Source: Lama guanicoe (Eukaryota). Taken from it: DNA of 64,000 nucleotides. A model generated the notes under the pieces. The model saw only the letters and a list, made by a program, of their open reading frames with translations. It searched no databases and was not told the DNA's origin. Each line of letters begins with the position of its first letter. The first letter of the stretch is position 1. Positions 49,560 through 61,761 of the stretch are shown here, one piece after another. Both the position numbers and the translations under genes were made by a program. The stretch covers positions 5,630,439 through 5,694,438 of the forward strand of contig MU053561.1 in NCBI GenBank assembly GCA_013239625.1, in the 5' to 3' direction.

Positions 49560-50620
49560 TGATTCAATCAATCATTCATTTAGTAAGAATCTATTATGTA
49601 AACAGGAAATATAGTGCTGGGCAAAGAAGGCAAGGTTCCTGCTCTCACAAAGTGTGCACTGTAGTCAGGCAGGTAGACTACAAATATGTAAATAAATGAA
49701 ATTATTTTAGATCCTGATAACTCTTAGAGCAAAAGCAAAGGACACTGTAATGTAGTAGAAAGTGATGGTGGAGGAGGCAGGATGGAATTCTTCTTTAGAC
49801 TGAGTGGTGGGGAAGTCCTTTCTGAGAAAGTGACATTTCAGTAAGACCTGGAGAAGGAGACAATCAAGCTAAGGTGCAGGGGTAACCAGGCAGTGGACAT
49901 CTGGTGTGAAGGCCCTTGGACATGAACCTGGCTTGTCTGGGAAACCAAAGAAGGCTAGCGTGGCTCGAGTGCAGTAAGCTAAGAGGAGAACCATAAAAGA
50001 TGAGTTTGGAGAGGTCACTGAGGCCAGACCATGTGGAGCTTTTAAGGTTCGGGAAAGGAGTTGGAGCTTTATTCTAAGTTCAAGGTGAAGCCATAGGAAG
50101 GTTAAGGCAGTGATGTGATTTGTTTTGCTTTTTTAAAAATAAGATCCCCCTGGCTACATATGAGAGGGAGAGCAATTAGGAGGCTGTTGCAAGAGTCCAG
50201 CCAGCAGATGATGGTGGCCTGGACTGGGTGAGAGCAGTGGAGGTGGAGGAAAGTGGACAAATAACTGTTCAAAATATTTGGGAGATAGGGGGAGGGTCTC
50301 GCTCAGTGGTAGAACACATGCTTAGCATGCATGAGGTCCTGGGATCAATTCCCAGCACTTCCATTAAAAAAATTAATATAAATAAAGAAACCTAAGTACC
50401 ACCCATCCTCCCCAAAATAAACAAAAAACAAAATATTTGGGAGACAGACAGGATAGGATATGTTGATGAATTGGATGCGGGGATAAAGGAAAGGGAAGAA
50501 CTAAGGATGACCCCTAGGTTTTGGTTCAAGCAATGGGTGGACAGCGATGTCATTTCATGAGGTGGGGAAGTCGGGTGGGATAGGTCGGTGGCTGGAGAAA
50601 ATCAAATATCTGCTTTCAGG
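49560..50620 (-). mobile_element. L2 LINE 3' region
   Basis: attcaatcaatcattcatt...cagttaggaggctg-like aattaggaggctgttgc..gatgatggtggcctggact...aaggatgacccctaggttttgg. Confidence 0.85.
50288..50429 (+). mobile_element. tRNA-derived SINE (Vic-1-like) with TSD
   Basis: ggggagggtctcgctcagtggtagaacacatgcttagcatgcatgaggtcctggg; TSD aaaatatttgggaga on both sides. Confidence 0.93.
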
Positions 50621-52249
50621 TTCCTAGTAATGGGACAGTCCCTGCGGGAACAGGCTCTCATGCCGCCGATACTTAGAAAAGTCTTCTAATGAGTCCAAAT
50701 GTTTCCCTGCAAATTCACTCATTTATCCTAATTCTTCAAGTTTTCTCTGAGTAAATATCCCTAATTTACTCAATTCTTTACTTATCCCTGGACCGCTGCA
50801 GATTCAAACTAGTCTTTTTACCCCATACCAGTCTATCAGGCAAAATGCAGCTAGATCCATCTTCGGACTGTACCAGCTATCAGCCACGTAGGGCCGGGCA
50901 CTGTCCTGGGAAAAACATATGTCGTAGGTGCTAAAATTAGATGTCTCTGTCTCAGTTTGGCTAAGGCAAGAAGACAAGAGGTGCTATATCATAAAAACAC
51001 TACCACACAGAAATTTCATAGTTAGCAGATGAGAAGATCCTTAAACCCTCTGCCCACGTCTGTCATCCGTAAGACTTGAGAATGGAGATTGAGAGATTTG
51101 CGCAAAGGACAACATGTGACGTGGCTGTGAGCCCTGTTCCTCCCGAGCGTCAGGGGAGGGCTGCTTCCCCTTTCACTTCAGGTGCAGAGGAAAGGGCTTC
51201 ACGGGATCATTTGGCGAGTTTGATGTGGGAACAGCAGGGCTAGGGGGGCGCTGGAGACTGGTGACTGACTCCTGCCTAGAAAGTCTAAAAGGTAAAGGTG
51301 GGCTGGCTGGTGGCTCTGACGGCCAAGGTGCAGGAGCAGTGGCTTCACTGGCAGCCCGTCTAAGCGGAGTGTGTGGGGGCCAAGAACGTGAGGCTATTTC
51401 TCCCAGAACGCAGGTGGAGCACGTGGGGATGGGGGCTGGCTTGGAGCCAGTTTGAGTTCTGCCCAAGAGAACCACCTGGAGGTCTGTGTGGACAGGGCTG
51501 CTAGGGAACGGGGGCTGAGGAAGGTGTCATTCAGAGGAAACTGCATCCCCTGTGTCACAGGAGCTGCAGTTGAATCCTCCCAATGAAGCCTCCCCAGAAC
51601 CTACAGAAAGGCCCAGGAGAGAGTCAGCTTTAAAACAGGTCCCCAAAGACTGAAGCCATATTCACTTGGTAGTACTAGTCAAATAAGATTTTCCCTGCTT
51701 CCTTTAGCTGTTACCCCCTGTCCCTCTTCAAGGACAGAGAGGCCAGAAATTACCCTTAGCTATAAGGGTGAGGAGGAGCCAAAGCAGTAGGTGAGCAAAA
51801 GAGAAACTCTCCTCCTGCAGAAGGACCTGGCTGCAAAACAGGAGGAGGTTCACCTTTGAAATTCTGATTATGACAGGGACCTGCACACTATTAATTACAG
51901 AGTTGAAACTGTGATTATGATTGAAAGAAGCTGAGCAAGGGAAGAAACTGCCCCATTTTAAAGACACAGTGGAAGTTCAAAATCTCTTTCAGATTACATT
52001 TCAAGAGCCCCCTCTCCCTGCATTCAACATTCTGGTTACACACAAATGAAAGAAGCTTTCACTTTGTCATTCTCTTGCTATAAGAACTTCCCTCAATGCT
52101 TTTACCTTTGAGATTAAATCCAAACTCCTAAGCACAGAGTTTGATGTCCTTTATTACCTGATCAAATACATATTTTTCAACTAAACCTCCCACAATTCCA
52201 AACAGAACAGTTGACTTCAGTCCTGTGTTCTTCGGTGCTTTGTAAGAAC

Positions 52250-52478
52250 AGCTAATATTTATTGGACATTCATTATGCTAAGCATTATAGCATTTAATCC
52301 TCACAACCTTTTGAAATAGGTATTATGACTATTAACCCCATTTTACAGATGAAGAATCCGAAAGGAGTGATAAATGGTGAGAATCTGAAAGGAGTAATAA
52401 ATGGTGAGATTGTAATTGGGACCCAGGCAGCCTGACTCCAGAGCCCACGATGCTTACAGCTAAGCACACTGCTTCCTC
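52250..52478 (-). mobile_element. MIR SINE with internal 27-bp duplication
   Basis: agctaatatttattgg..catttaatcctcacaac..ccccattttacagatgaaga..acccaggcagcctgactccagagccc. Confidence 0.85.
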
Positions 52479-52479
52479 T

Positions 52480-52790
52480 ATGTCCATATACTCCTTGCCC
52501 TCAGCCTACTTCTGGCATATCCCCTGCCCTCCTCTCCTCTGCTATGGCATCCCAGACATCTTTCAAATCCCAGCTCAAACTCCTCCTTTCCCGTGAAGCC
52601 CTCCATAATTATCTTGCAGTTATCTCTATTTTCTGAACTCCCAAAACATTCAATCCATGTCAAGGAGTTCAAAACTTGAACTCCTGCTGTTTGTTTCTCT
52701 ATCGTTTTGGGCATATCATGTGAGTAAGTCATTGTAAGCTCCTTCAGGGATAAGCCCTGTTCCATGCTGATCTTGTGTTCACCAGGGCAG
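52480..52790 (+). mobile_element. L2 fragment
   Basis: atctttcaaatcccagctcaaa..ccgtgaagccctcc...tgtaagctccttcaggga. Confidence 0.7.
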
Positions 52791-54234
52791 TGGGTCTCCA
52801 GCTTCAGTACAGAAAGAGAGCAGTGAACAGTTCACAGGCTAAGAAATGTAGATGATACTTAAATGCACAAAGAGATGCTGGACCTCATTATAATAAGAAA
52901 CTTGCAAAGTCTCACTGAGTTCCTATTGATCACTTGTCAGATCGACAGAAATTCCGAAGTGTGACAACATATTCTGATGACAAGGCTGTGGGGAAACAGG
53001 ACCTCTCCTACATGGCTAACAGGAGGGCGAAATGATCCAACTCTCACAGAAGGGAATTTGACAGTCTAGCAATATTACATGCACATTCCCTTTGACCAGT
53101 AATCCCATGTTTGTGAATTTATCCTAAAGATACACTGGCACAAATCTGAAATGCTGTATGTTCAACGCTTTTCTTTGCAGTACTGTCTGTAAAAGTAAAA
53201 GACCAGAGAAAAACCAATGGCAATCAGTAGAGGCCTGGTTGAATAACTATGGTGCATTCACATAAAAGAGTTCCGTGCAGGAACGAGGAAGAATTGCTAG
53301 ACTGCTTTGGATGAGCTCCAGGATCTATTGTTAAGTGAACAAAGTGAAGAAAAACCTTATGCTACCGTTTGTGTAAGAATGGTAGGAATATGACTATTTG
53401 TATATTTGCTTATTCTTAAAAAGGAAACAATGTTAAGAATGAACTAAAAACTAAAAAATTGCGTGATGGGGAGAAATCAGTAGGGCAGAGATTGGAATGA
53501 AGGTAAATCTCCCTGAATGAACCTTGCTTTATGGGTTTGACCTTGGAGGCAAGTATTTTACATCATTCCAAAACAAAAGTAAACCAAAAGAAAATGTCAG
53601 AAACAAACTGAAACATATATTACATATATATTGGAATTGAACAATAGGTTTCTCACTGTTTGAATGGGACTGCAGATAAGCAAGAGGAAGCCAGAATGGT
53701 CCACATGGTAATGAATTAGATTTGGAGGCATTAATGTAAACTCATGCTTAGCTTAATATACAAATGATTACACATAGAAATAATTATAGATACGTGTATT
53801 TACACTGGTTAGTATACATCCATATATTTCCTTGGTCTGTCAACTGAGAGGGCTTAGAAGCAATAACACCCCAACAGCAACAAAGACAGCTAACACCCAG
53901 ATCTTGGTTTCTAATACCATTTCCTAACAGAAGGGACCAGAGCTCCTTGGGGAAATGGCCAATTAAAGGACTAGGGTAGGAAATACACAAGATAAGCCTG
54001 GAGCATCTTGTAGTGTCAGAAAGTAAGGAAGTGCTCAAAAAAATTACAGGGAAGTATGTGAAAGGAACACAAAAGCCAACTGAAGAGCTCCCAATGGCCA
54101 AAATGGGACCAATTTGAGCAACAAAATAAATAGTTGTAACAAAGTATAAAATAAATATCTATGCATCTATATGAAATTAATCAGTTAATTATGAAAAAAA
54201 CAGGGGAGATAAATCTCCCATAGAAAAGAATTCT

Positions 54235-54313
54235 GGGGTGAGGGTATAGCTCAGTGGTAGGTCATATGCCTGGCATGCCTGGGTTCAATCCCCAGTACTT
54301 CCATTAAAAAAAA
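54235..54313 (+). mobile_element. tRNA-derived SINE (Vic-1-like, internal deletion)
   Basis: ggggtgagggtatagctcagtggtag..gggttcaatccccagtacttccattaaaa; flanks aaaagaattc / aaaaaaattc. Confidence 0.88.
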
Positions 54314-55230
54314 ATTCCAAATAATTTATGTAGATATCCAACCTCAGGGATATGGAGCATAACTCCCCACTCCTTAAGTAGGGGCTTCGAGTAGTGACTT
54401 CCTTCCAAGGAGTACAGTGTGGAAAGGGAGGAAAAAAGGAGTAGCTTTTCAGTAGAAAAACCTTACAAAAACTACCTCAGCCAGGTGATCGATGTTAAGA
54501 TCTAGTCATGTTGGCATATGTATCCTTGACATGATGCAAGGAAAACAGCACTTTGTCTCTGTGGTCTTCCTCCCCAAAACACATAATTTAGTCTCATTAT
54601 GAGAAAATATCAGAGAAATTCCAATTGAGGGACATTCTACAAAACGCTTGACCAAGTACTCCTCAAAACTGTCCAGATCATCAAAAACAAAGAAAACCCA
54701 AGAAACTGTCACAGCCAAGAAAAGCCTACGGAGACATGGTGACTAAATGTAATGGGAAGTCCTGGATGAGATCCTGCAACAGAAAAAGGACGTTAGGTAA
54801 AAGCTAATGAAGTTTAAATAAAGTGTGAACTTGAGCAAGGTATCAATAAAGGTTCATTAATTGTGACAGATGTACCATATTAATATAAAGTGTTCATAGT
54901 AGGGGAAGGTGGATGTGGGGACACATGGGAACTCTGCCCAGGACTGATGAACCACCAGCACACTTGGACCCAGATTCTAAAATACCCTTTCCCAAAAAAA
55001 GGAATCACGACTTCTTGGGGAAATGGCTAACTTCAGTTCTGAGGTAGATGAGCCTGGTGCATCCTGTTAGAAAGCAAGGAAATAACGGAGACTATGGGGT
55101 CATGTCAAAAAAAAACCCAAAAAAACCCATCAATACAAGACCCAACTTGAAGTGGTTCCCACTGGCCAAAGATAGAACAGTTTGAACATGAAAAAGAGTA
55201 ATAACTACAATGAATTAAAACAAATAAAAC

Positions 55231-55390
55231 ATTATATTGTACAACACAGGGACTATAGTCAATATTTTATAATAACTATGAATGGAGTATAACCTTTAAA
55301 AATTGAGTCATTATATCATACACCTGTAACATATATTTATAGCAACTATACTTCAATTAGAAAGTGAATGAAAAATAAATAAATAAATAA
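55231..55390 (+). mobile_element. L1 3' tail
   Basis: tgtacaacacagggactatagtcaatattttataataact..actatacttcaatt. Confidence 0.8.
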
Positions 55391-56276
55391 AACACACCAA
55401 ATATATGAAAATCTATGAGCCCACAATATCCCTTCCCCCACCAACATCCAACCAAGAAATAAAACTTCACTGGTCACCTTTTGGGAATACTAGGGTATCA
55501 ATCATTCTGATAAATATAAAAATGATAAATAAAAGGAAAGAATAAAGTTTTTATCTTGCCTTTCCTGTACAGACTGTATTTCTTCATAACCAAACAGTTT
55601 TTTTGTGAGGGAAATTTCTTCTGTACAGAAGAATCACAGCTAATAAATGCAGGAGGAAAGACAGAACTAAAGAAAATCACCATTTTGTAACCTCTAATGA
55701 AATAGTAGAACCAGGCAATGATCAAATTGGTTGCTAAAACCATTAAATAAAATGTTGACGCAGAACTTTAAAACAGATGGACCAGACTGACAACACTTAA
55801 ACCCACTGAGCAATGTTAACTAAAAGTGAAATAGCTGGCTACAATGTTTTTCACCTGTAGAACATTCTTACCGAAAAATACTTAATCTAATCAAGCTACT
55901 AACCATCAGCTTATAGAAAATAAGAGATGGGGGGAACATAGCAAAAACAGCACCAGGAGGATACACTCAGTCAAACCCAGAATGTTGAAAATTCTACAGA
56001 ACAAACGATACAGTCTTCTCAACAAATAAATAGCATTAAAATAATGGGAAAGGACTGTTACAAATTAAGAGACATAGCAACCAAACACAATGTGTAGATC
56101 TCATTGGATCCTGATTCGAAGGAGCCAAATGTGAATTTTTTTAAAAAAGACATTTTTGAGACTATTTTGGAAAACTGAACATGGACTGGGAACTTGATAA
56201 TACTAAGACATTATAGTTAATATTGCTGAGTGCAATGATAGAACTGAGGTTACGTTTCAAAAAAAATTAAAAGTCC

Positions 56277-56448
56277 TCTACTGTATAGCATAGGGAACTA
56301 TATTCAATTTCTTATAATGAAATGTAATGGAAAAGAAACTGAAAAAAATATATATGTATGTATGTATATGTATAACTGAATTGCTTTGCTGTACACCTGA
56401 AACTGACATTGTAAATTGTCTACACTTCAATAAAAAAATTAGGAAAAG
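56277..56448 (+). mobile_element. L1 3' tail with TSD
   Basis: ctactgtatagcatagggaactatattc..gctgtacacctgaaact..acttcaataaaa; flanks aattaaaagtc on both sides. Confidence 0.88.
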
Positions 56449-56729
56449 ATAATTAAAAGTCTTTGTCTCTTAGAGGAACATACTGGTGAACAAATAAGAT
56501 GTGTAGGATTCACGTTCAAGTATTCCACCCCACTTCCTCCAAAAAAGTGGACAGAATTGAAACAAAAATCCAGAATGTTGAGTTATTGAATCCAGTGGTG
56601 GGTGGGTACATGGAGTTCACTATACTGTTCTCTCTAAAGCTGTGTATATTTAAACATGTTGATGATAAATAGTTTTAAAATCTTTTTTAATTGAAAAAAA
56701 GGGTGCAGGTTTCGGGGCACCAAGAGGAC

Positions 56730-56815
56730 TTTGATTCTAGATTGGGGGTATTTTAAACAAGCAGCTTAGGTGATTCTGACCCATAAAGTCCAGGACCAAA
56801 TTGAGGGAATCTGCT
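56730..56815. mobile_element. MER5-type hAT fragment
   Basis: ttttaaacaagc..aggtgattctga. Confidence 0.45.
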
Positions 56816-57730
56816 TTAACGTCACACTGCTCTAGGTAATAAGCCCTCCATAGGTATTTATTGATATATTGATTTTGATCAGAAATTGAAGTTGGGAAAT
56901 TCTTTCCATATGGAAAAAAATACAGGAAAGAACAAATGCAATAAGAACTCATAAAGAGAAGTATTTCATGGGCCTGACCAAGGATGCCCACCTCCTAGGG
57001 TTGTAGCCTGTCACATCTTTGTCAGAGCTCATTTTATAACAGGGTGTTTGTTCTGGATTCTCCCAACTCATTAATAGAAGGATCAGCTGGATTCCAAAGA
57101 CTTCCTAAATGGGTGCCACCTCTGTAATTCTTTCCTCCAGCTGCTGGGCTGTGCAAGCGCCGAGTTTGGGCTGATTTGTTGCAGGGTCCGGCAGTCTCCC
57201 TTTCTCTCCTCCCCAGACGCCAAGAAAAAGCATGTTTTCTGAGGCTTATGACCCTTCCATCCTCTCAATTTGCGTAGACGCATATTTTAGCTCATGTACC
57301 GACAGCAGTAAAAGAAGAAATCATCAGAGCTTGTGCTTCTGTGCAGCAGTCCCCCAAGATCTCTAAGAAAGCAGGTCTGTTTAGGTAGACCAGAAGCGAG
57401 AATCCTCCCGGGGCACCTGAGCTACTGAGTAATTGGGCTGCAGCTGCTTTTCCTCCTCCCGCACTCATTCCTGGTTCAGCTCACCGACAACAGGGATTTA
57501 CCAGTTAATTGGCTGTTTCTCTGATTGTCATTCACTTGGGCGCTCGTCCCTATTCTTTGTTGCTACAAAACGCTTCTTTTAAAATGATTTGCTTTCCTTT
57601 GGCTCCAGAAGAAAAATGAGCAACACTGAAATCTTTGGGGTTTGTTAAAGAGAGGCAAATCTACCTGGGGAGATGGTGTGCGTTGTGGGATTCGGGGTGC
57701 TGCTGTGAATAGGGAGCGGAGTGGGGCTGG

Positions 57731-57790
57731 GAGGGGCGGCCTGGGTTATACATTATATAAAGGAGCTGGACGAGTTTCAGGTCTCAGAAC
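57731..57790 (+). promoter_or_regulatory. Candidate core promoter: GC box + TATA box
   Basis: GAGGGGCGG at 57731-57739, TATATAAAG at 57754-57762, pyrimidine-A start (TCA, A at 57786) 30 nt after TATAAA, in unique sequence with more CpG than the rest of the window. Confidence 0.4.
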
Positions 57791-58580
57791 CAGTTGGGCA
57801 GGTTGGGTTTCTTTTTATTTCTCACCACTCAGTCGAACACAGGAAACTTTCAGCTTCATCCGGTGAATGGTTAACCTGGAATTGTTGGGAAAGGTTAGCA
57901 GCTGGGGCTTAGTTTCCAGCCCTCTTCATCCTCTCGGTTCGGTGCTGGACCCCAAAACAGAGGCAAGGCAAAAGAACTGAGCGGACATCGAGGTGGGGAG
58001 GGTGTTCACTAGCTATCGGTTCAGCTTTAGACCTAGGTCACCGATGGTTTTCTGACACTGAGTTTGTGCCTCTGCCTGCCACAGGTTACGTCACGGTATT
58101 GGGCTTTGGTGGTCACCCCATCTGCTCTCATTGCTTAGTGCCAAGCTGCTGGACTTCCTGCCAGACTGACCCAGAGCCTCCCTCCCTTACCTCTTCAGTG
58201 GAAAGTTCCGAAGTGATTCTGAGTGTGCCTCTTTGGAGTGCTTTGCAATTTTTTTTTTAATGGGAGTTTTGCCATGCAGGAATCCTAATTGGTTCCTCAG
58301 AGATGAGATGATTCTTTTGGCTCCCACAGCCTCTAGATTTCTGCAAACCATTCTCTGTTTACCAAATGAACACAGCCATCCAGGAGCCAAGAAGAAATCT
58401 GTTCCAAGCCCTTTCTACTTAAAGAAGAAATGACCACTACATGCTGTAAATCTAAAAGGATGTCTGGGAGTTGAATTCCAATAAGAACCTCTTTTAACTT
58501 AGAAATTCATCCGAGCGATAGGTGAGGTCAAGTGGATTAGAGCAAATACCTTGCAAGTGCGGAGTAGGTGCCCTGCAACT

Positions 58581-58790
58581 CAGTGGCCTTTTTCCCTCCC
58601 TGCACTGCCCAGAGTGGGGGGAACGGGGTATTTAAATAACCAATGCCCAGACAGCTGCCCAGATCAATTAAATCTCTATTTCTGGAGAGGGTTTTCTTTT
58701 TGTTTTTGTTTTCGTTTTTTTGGTTTTGCTTTTGTTTTTGCTTTAACCCCCCAGGTGATTCCAATGGGCTATAGGGCCAAGACCCACCAC
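58581..58790. mobile_element. MER5A-like hAT MITE with T-rich simple repeat
   Basis: cagtgg..aatgcccag..cccagatcaattaaatc..ccccaggtgattccaat..ccaccact. Confidence 0.65.
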
Positions 58791-60289
58791 TCTAGTAAAA
58801 AGACCAGTGGGCTGGGTTATTACAAATGACTCTATTCTGAGATTATTTGAGCTCTAAAAGTCCATGATTCTCTTTCGACTGGTCTCTCTCCTGGAAACAA
58901 AGAGCATACGAGGGCTAGTTGTTTTCCCATACCACCTGGACCGCCTCTAAAGGTGCCAACAGTGTGAAAAGACCTAATCGGGTCAGTGTGCTGGTGAGTC
59001 CAAATTGGCTTACCAGGCTTAAGAAAACAGGTAGCGTGTTTTACAAAGGAAAAATACAAGCTACTGGTGTTTCTGATACTTTGGGGCCTACCAGCTAGTT
59101 TCAAGCGAGTCGAGGAATTTCTCTTAACGCATATTTAAGTCCTCTAGCTGTGCTAGTTTCCAGTTCCTTCGATATTCGGTTAATTGGAAATACACCCTTC
59201 TTAAGAATGGCCTTAGAGTAAAAATGGGTTCCCCCTCCCCCACTGGTGGAAATTTAGATACTTAAAAAACTAAGGAGATTATGTTATCCAAAATATGCAT
59301 TTTTGTCTGGTCTGGACTTTGATTAGATATTACTGTAGTTGCCTAAATGAATAGAGAGAGGCTTTAACTCTTGAACTAAGGCACAATTAGTCGGGCATAG
59401 AAAGAACTCTAAAGGGATACTAATTGCTTTTAAAAAGAGAAATTGAATTGAACCAGAGAAGCAGAAAATTACCTTTGTGGAGAATCATCTTGGTTGTTTA
59501 AGAAAGGGAGGCCTTGTTGAAATTGGAACAGCTAAATGAGTGTGGCTGGGAGGAGGTCCTTACCACTTTCCCAGCCAGACATGAATCCCAAAGGCAGACA
59601 CTGGAAGCTCGAATGCCACCCAGTTAAGGCATTAACATCCTGCCTTTCTGGACTCTGTAACCAGAGTGCTTTTCCAGAACCCGTGCCAGCAATTATTTTG
59701 GCATCTTCCAGCAAGGATTCCCAATGTTATTTGTAAGTGTTATCTCCAAGGGTGTGTCGTAAAACTGCCTCCGTGAAGGTAATTTAAATTCAGTTTAATT
59801 TGTAAAATGAACCTTCGGGGCAGAGGTGAGGTGGCACTCCTCTCTGTGAGCTCCGCAGCCCTGCAGGGTGCTTTACCTGGAGGATGAGTTCAACGTGTGT
59901 AGAAACTTGCACCCAGAGCTCTGTGAGTCTGGCAAACTCACACTCAGCACGGTGTGTCAGAGCTACAGAAACGCCAGGAACCACTGAGCTAGAGGTGAAC
60001 CCAGAGATGCTCTTTCCAGGAGGAGGCACTCAGAAAATCCACCCCTCTTGCCCCCAGAAAATCTTCCAGGGGGCTGAGGGTGTGTGTGGCTTATTCAGTA
60101 CCACATGCAAACGGTCCTTGGCTTTTTCCTCACGTTTGTTATTTTAGCTGAGCGCACGAAATAACAACATTTGGAAATATTTATTTAATAAAATCCGTTG
60201 GTGACCGCTGGACACTGGTCTGCCCCCATCTTCCCCCACCTCTCATCAGCACATGCACAGCCCGCCAGTCCTACCCTAACCAATGTCCT

Positions 60290-60905
60290 CTCTAGAGCTT
60301 CTCTTTCCACCTCACAGCCTTCTTTCTTAGGCTCCTTTGTGGGCCCTCTGCTCACTGCCTGACTTGTGCCAGAAAGCCCTGAGCTTGGTCCTGGGCCCTC
60401 ATCTTGTCTGTGTCACTCTCTCCCTTGGTGACAGCATCCACGGCCATGACTTTAAGTCCCACCTCTATTCTGACCCCTCCCTCATCTATATCTTCAGCTC
60501 AGACTGGCCTCTGGGGATGAGGACATCGCCACTGGGGTGCCCTATAGAAACCGGAATGCTTGATTCCCACCCTTGCTCTGTTCTCCACTAAGTAAAGTGA
60601 GACCCCTGAGTGGCTCACATCAAAACCTAGTAGTCATTCTCAATTCCCCATCTTCCAGCCTTCCTTCTAATCTGTCAGCCAGTTCGGCCAGATTTATCTC
60701 TAAAATATATTCCTAATCCTCCCCCTTATCTCCACGTCCACTTTTACCATCCTCTCTGGCCCAGATTACTCTAATAGCCTCCTGGCTGATCTTTCTGCTT
60801 TCATTCTCACTCCTACAATTCATGCTCCACACAGCAGCCAGAGTGAACTTTGCAAAATGTAAATCAGATCATGTTAATCGCCTGATTAAAACTCTGCAAT
60901 GTTAT
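60290..60905 (+). mobile_element. L2 LINE fragment
   Basis: ggtcctgggccctcatctt..catgactttaagtcccacctcta...ctccacacagcagccagagtga..aaatgtaaatcagatcatg. Confidence 0.85.
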
Positions 60906-61180
60906 CCTAGGAATGCAAGGATATCTTGTTCTGTAAAACACCATATTAACAGATTAAAGGGGGAAAAACAACTACATGATCATCTCAGTGGATGCAGAGA
61001 AAGCATTCAATAAAATTCAAATTAAAGCTCTTGGCAAACTAGACACAGAAGAGAACTTCCTTAATCTGATAAAAGGTATACCTACTGAAATACCAAAGCA
61101 AACACAATCATATTTAATGGTCAGACTCTTAAAACCATTTCCACTGGAATCAGAAAGAAAAAAAGGTAACTTCTATCATT
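60905..61180 (+). pseudogene. Decayed L1 ORF2 reverse-transcriptase fragment
   Basis: Translation HHINRLK..MIISVDAEKAFNKIQ..ENFLNLIKGI resembles L1 ORF2 HMIISIDAEKAFDKIQ; frameshifted and deleted. Confidence 0.88.
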
Positions 61181-61370
61181 GCTTCAAGTTAGCAAATTGT
61201 CTTGAAAGTCGGGGTCAAGGTGAAAATTCATTCTGACAAACTCTTATCAAGTGCTTACTATGTGCTGGAGCAGTTCTAGGCTCTTAAGATTCACCAGTGA
61301 ATACAAAACAGAAAAACAACATTGATCGTACACTGTAGTGATAGAAGGCAGAAAATAAACAATAGACGTT

Positions 61371-61753
61371 AGACTCACAGACATAGAAAACAAACATGCT
61401 TACCAAGGGGAAAGGGGATGGGAAGAGATAAGTTGGGAGTTTGAGATTTGCAGATACTAACTACTATATATAAAATTGATGAACAAGTTTCTACTGTATA
61501 GCACAGGGAACTATATGTAATATCTTGCAGTAACCTAAAATGAAAAATATGAAAACAGAGAGGGGTGGATATTAACTCAATGGTAGAGCACACGCTTGGC
61601 ATGCAGGAGGTCTGAGGGTCAATCCCTAGTACGTCCATTAAAAAAAAACCACGAAAATAAATATATGTATATGTATAACTGAAACATTATGCTGTACACC
61701 AGAAATTGATACAACATTGTAAACTGATTATACTTAATAAAAAAAATTTTTTT
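61371..61753 (+). mobile_element. L1 3' tail (contains a SINE)
   Basis: agactcacagacatagaaaacaaac..gggagtttgagatttgcagatact..gctgtacaccagaaattga; flanks aatagacgtt / aatagatgtt. Confidence 0.9.
61559..61648 (+). mobile_element. tRNA-derived SINE (Vic-1-like)
   Basis: actcaatggtagagcacacgcttggcatgcaggaggtc..tcaatccctagtac..ccattaaaa. Confidence 0.85.
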
Positions 61754-61761
61754 AAATAGAT

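Larger units (their letters stand above)
52820..56700 (+). mobile_element. Stack of old L1MC/L1MD-type ORF2-end and 3' UTR fragments
   Basis: aaaagatgct-like..ggctgtggggaaacagg..cctttgacc.gtaatccca; L1MC/MD 3' UTR motifs acccagatcttggtttctaatacc, aattgagggacattctacaaaa, ttggatcctgattc. Confidence 0.8.

Noticed and set aside
57298..57490. Two 10-nt matches to the reverse complement of miR-181a/b 3' halves (accgacagca, ctcaccgaca) about 180 bp apart
   Set aside because: The seed AACATTCA is absent and there is no precursor hairpin, so this is coincidental.
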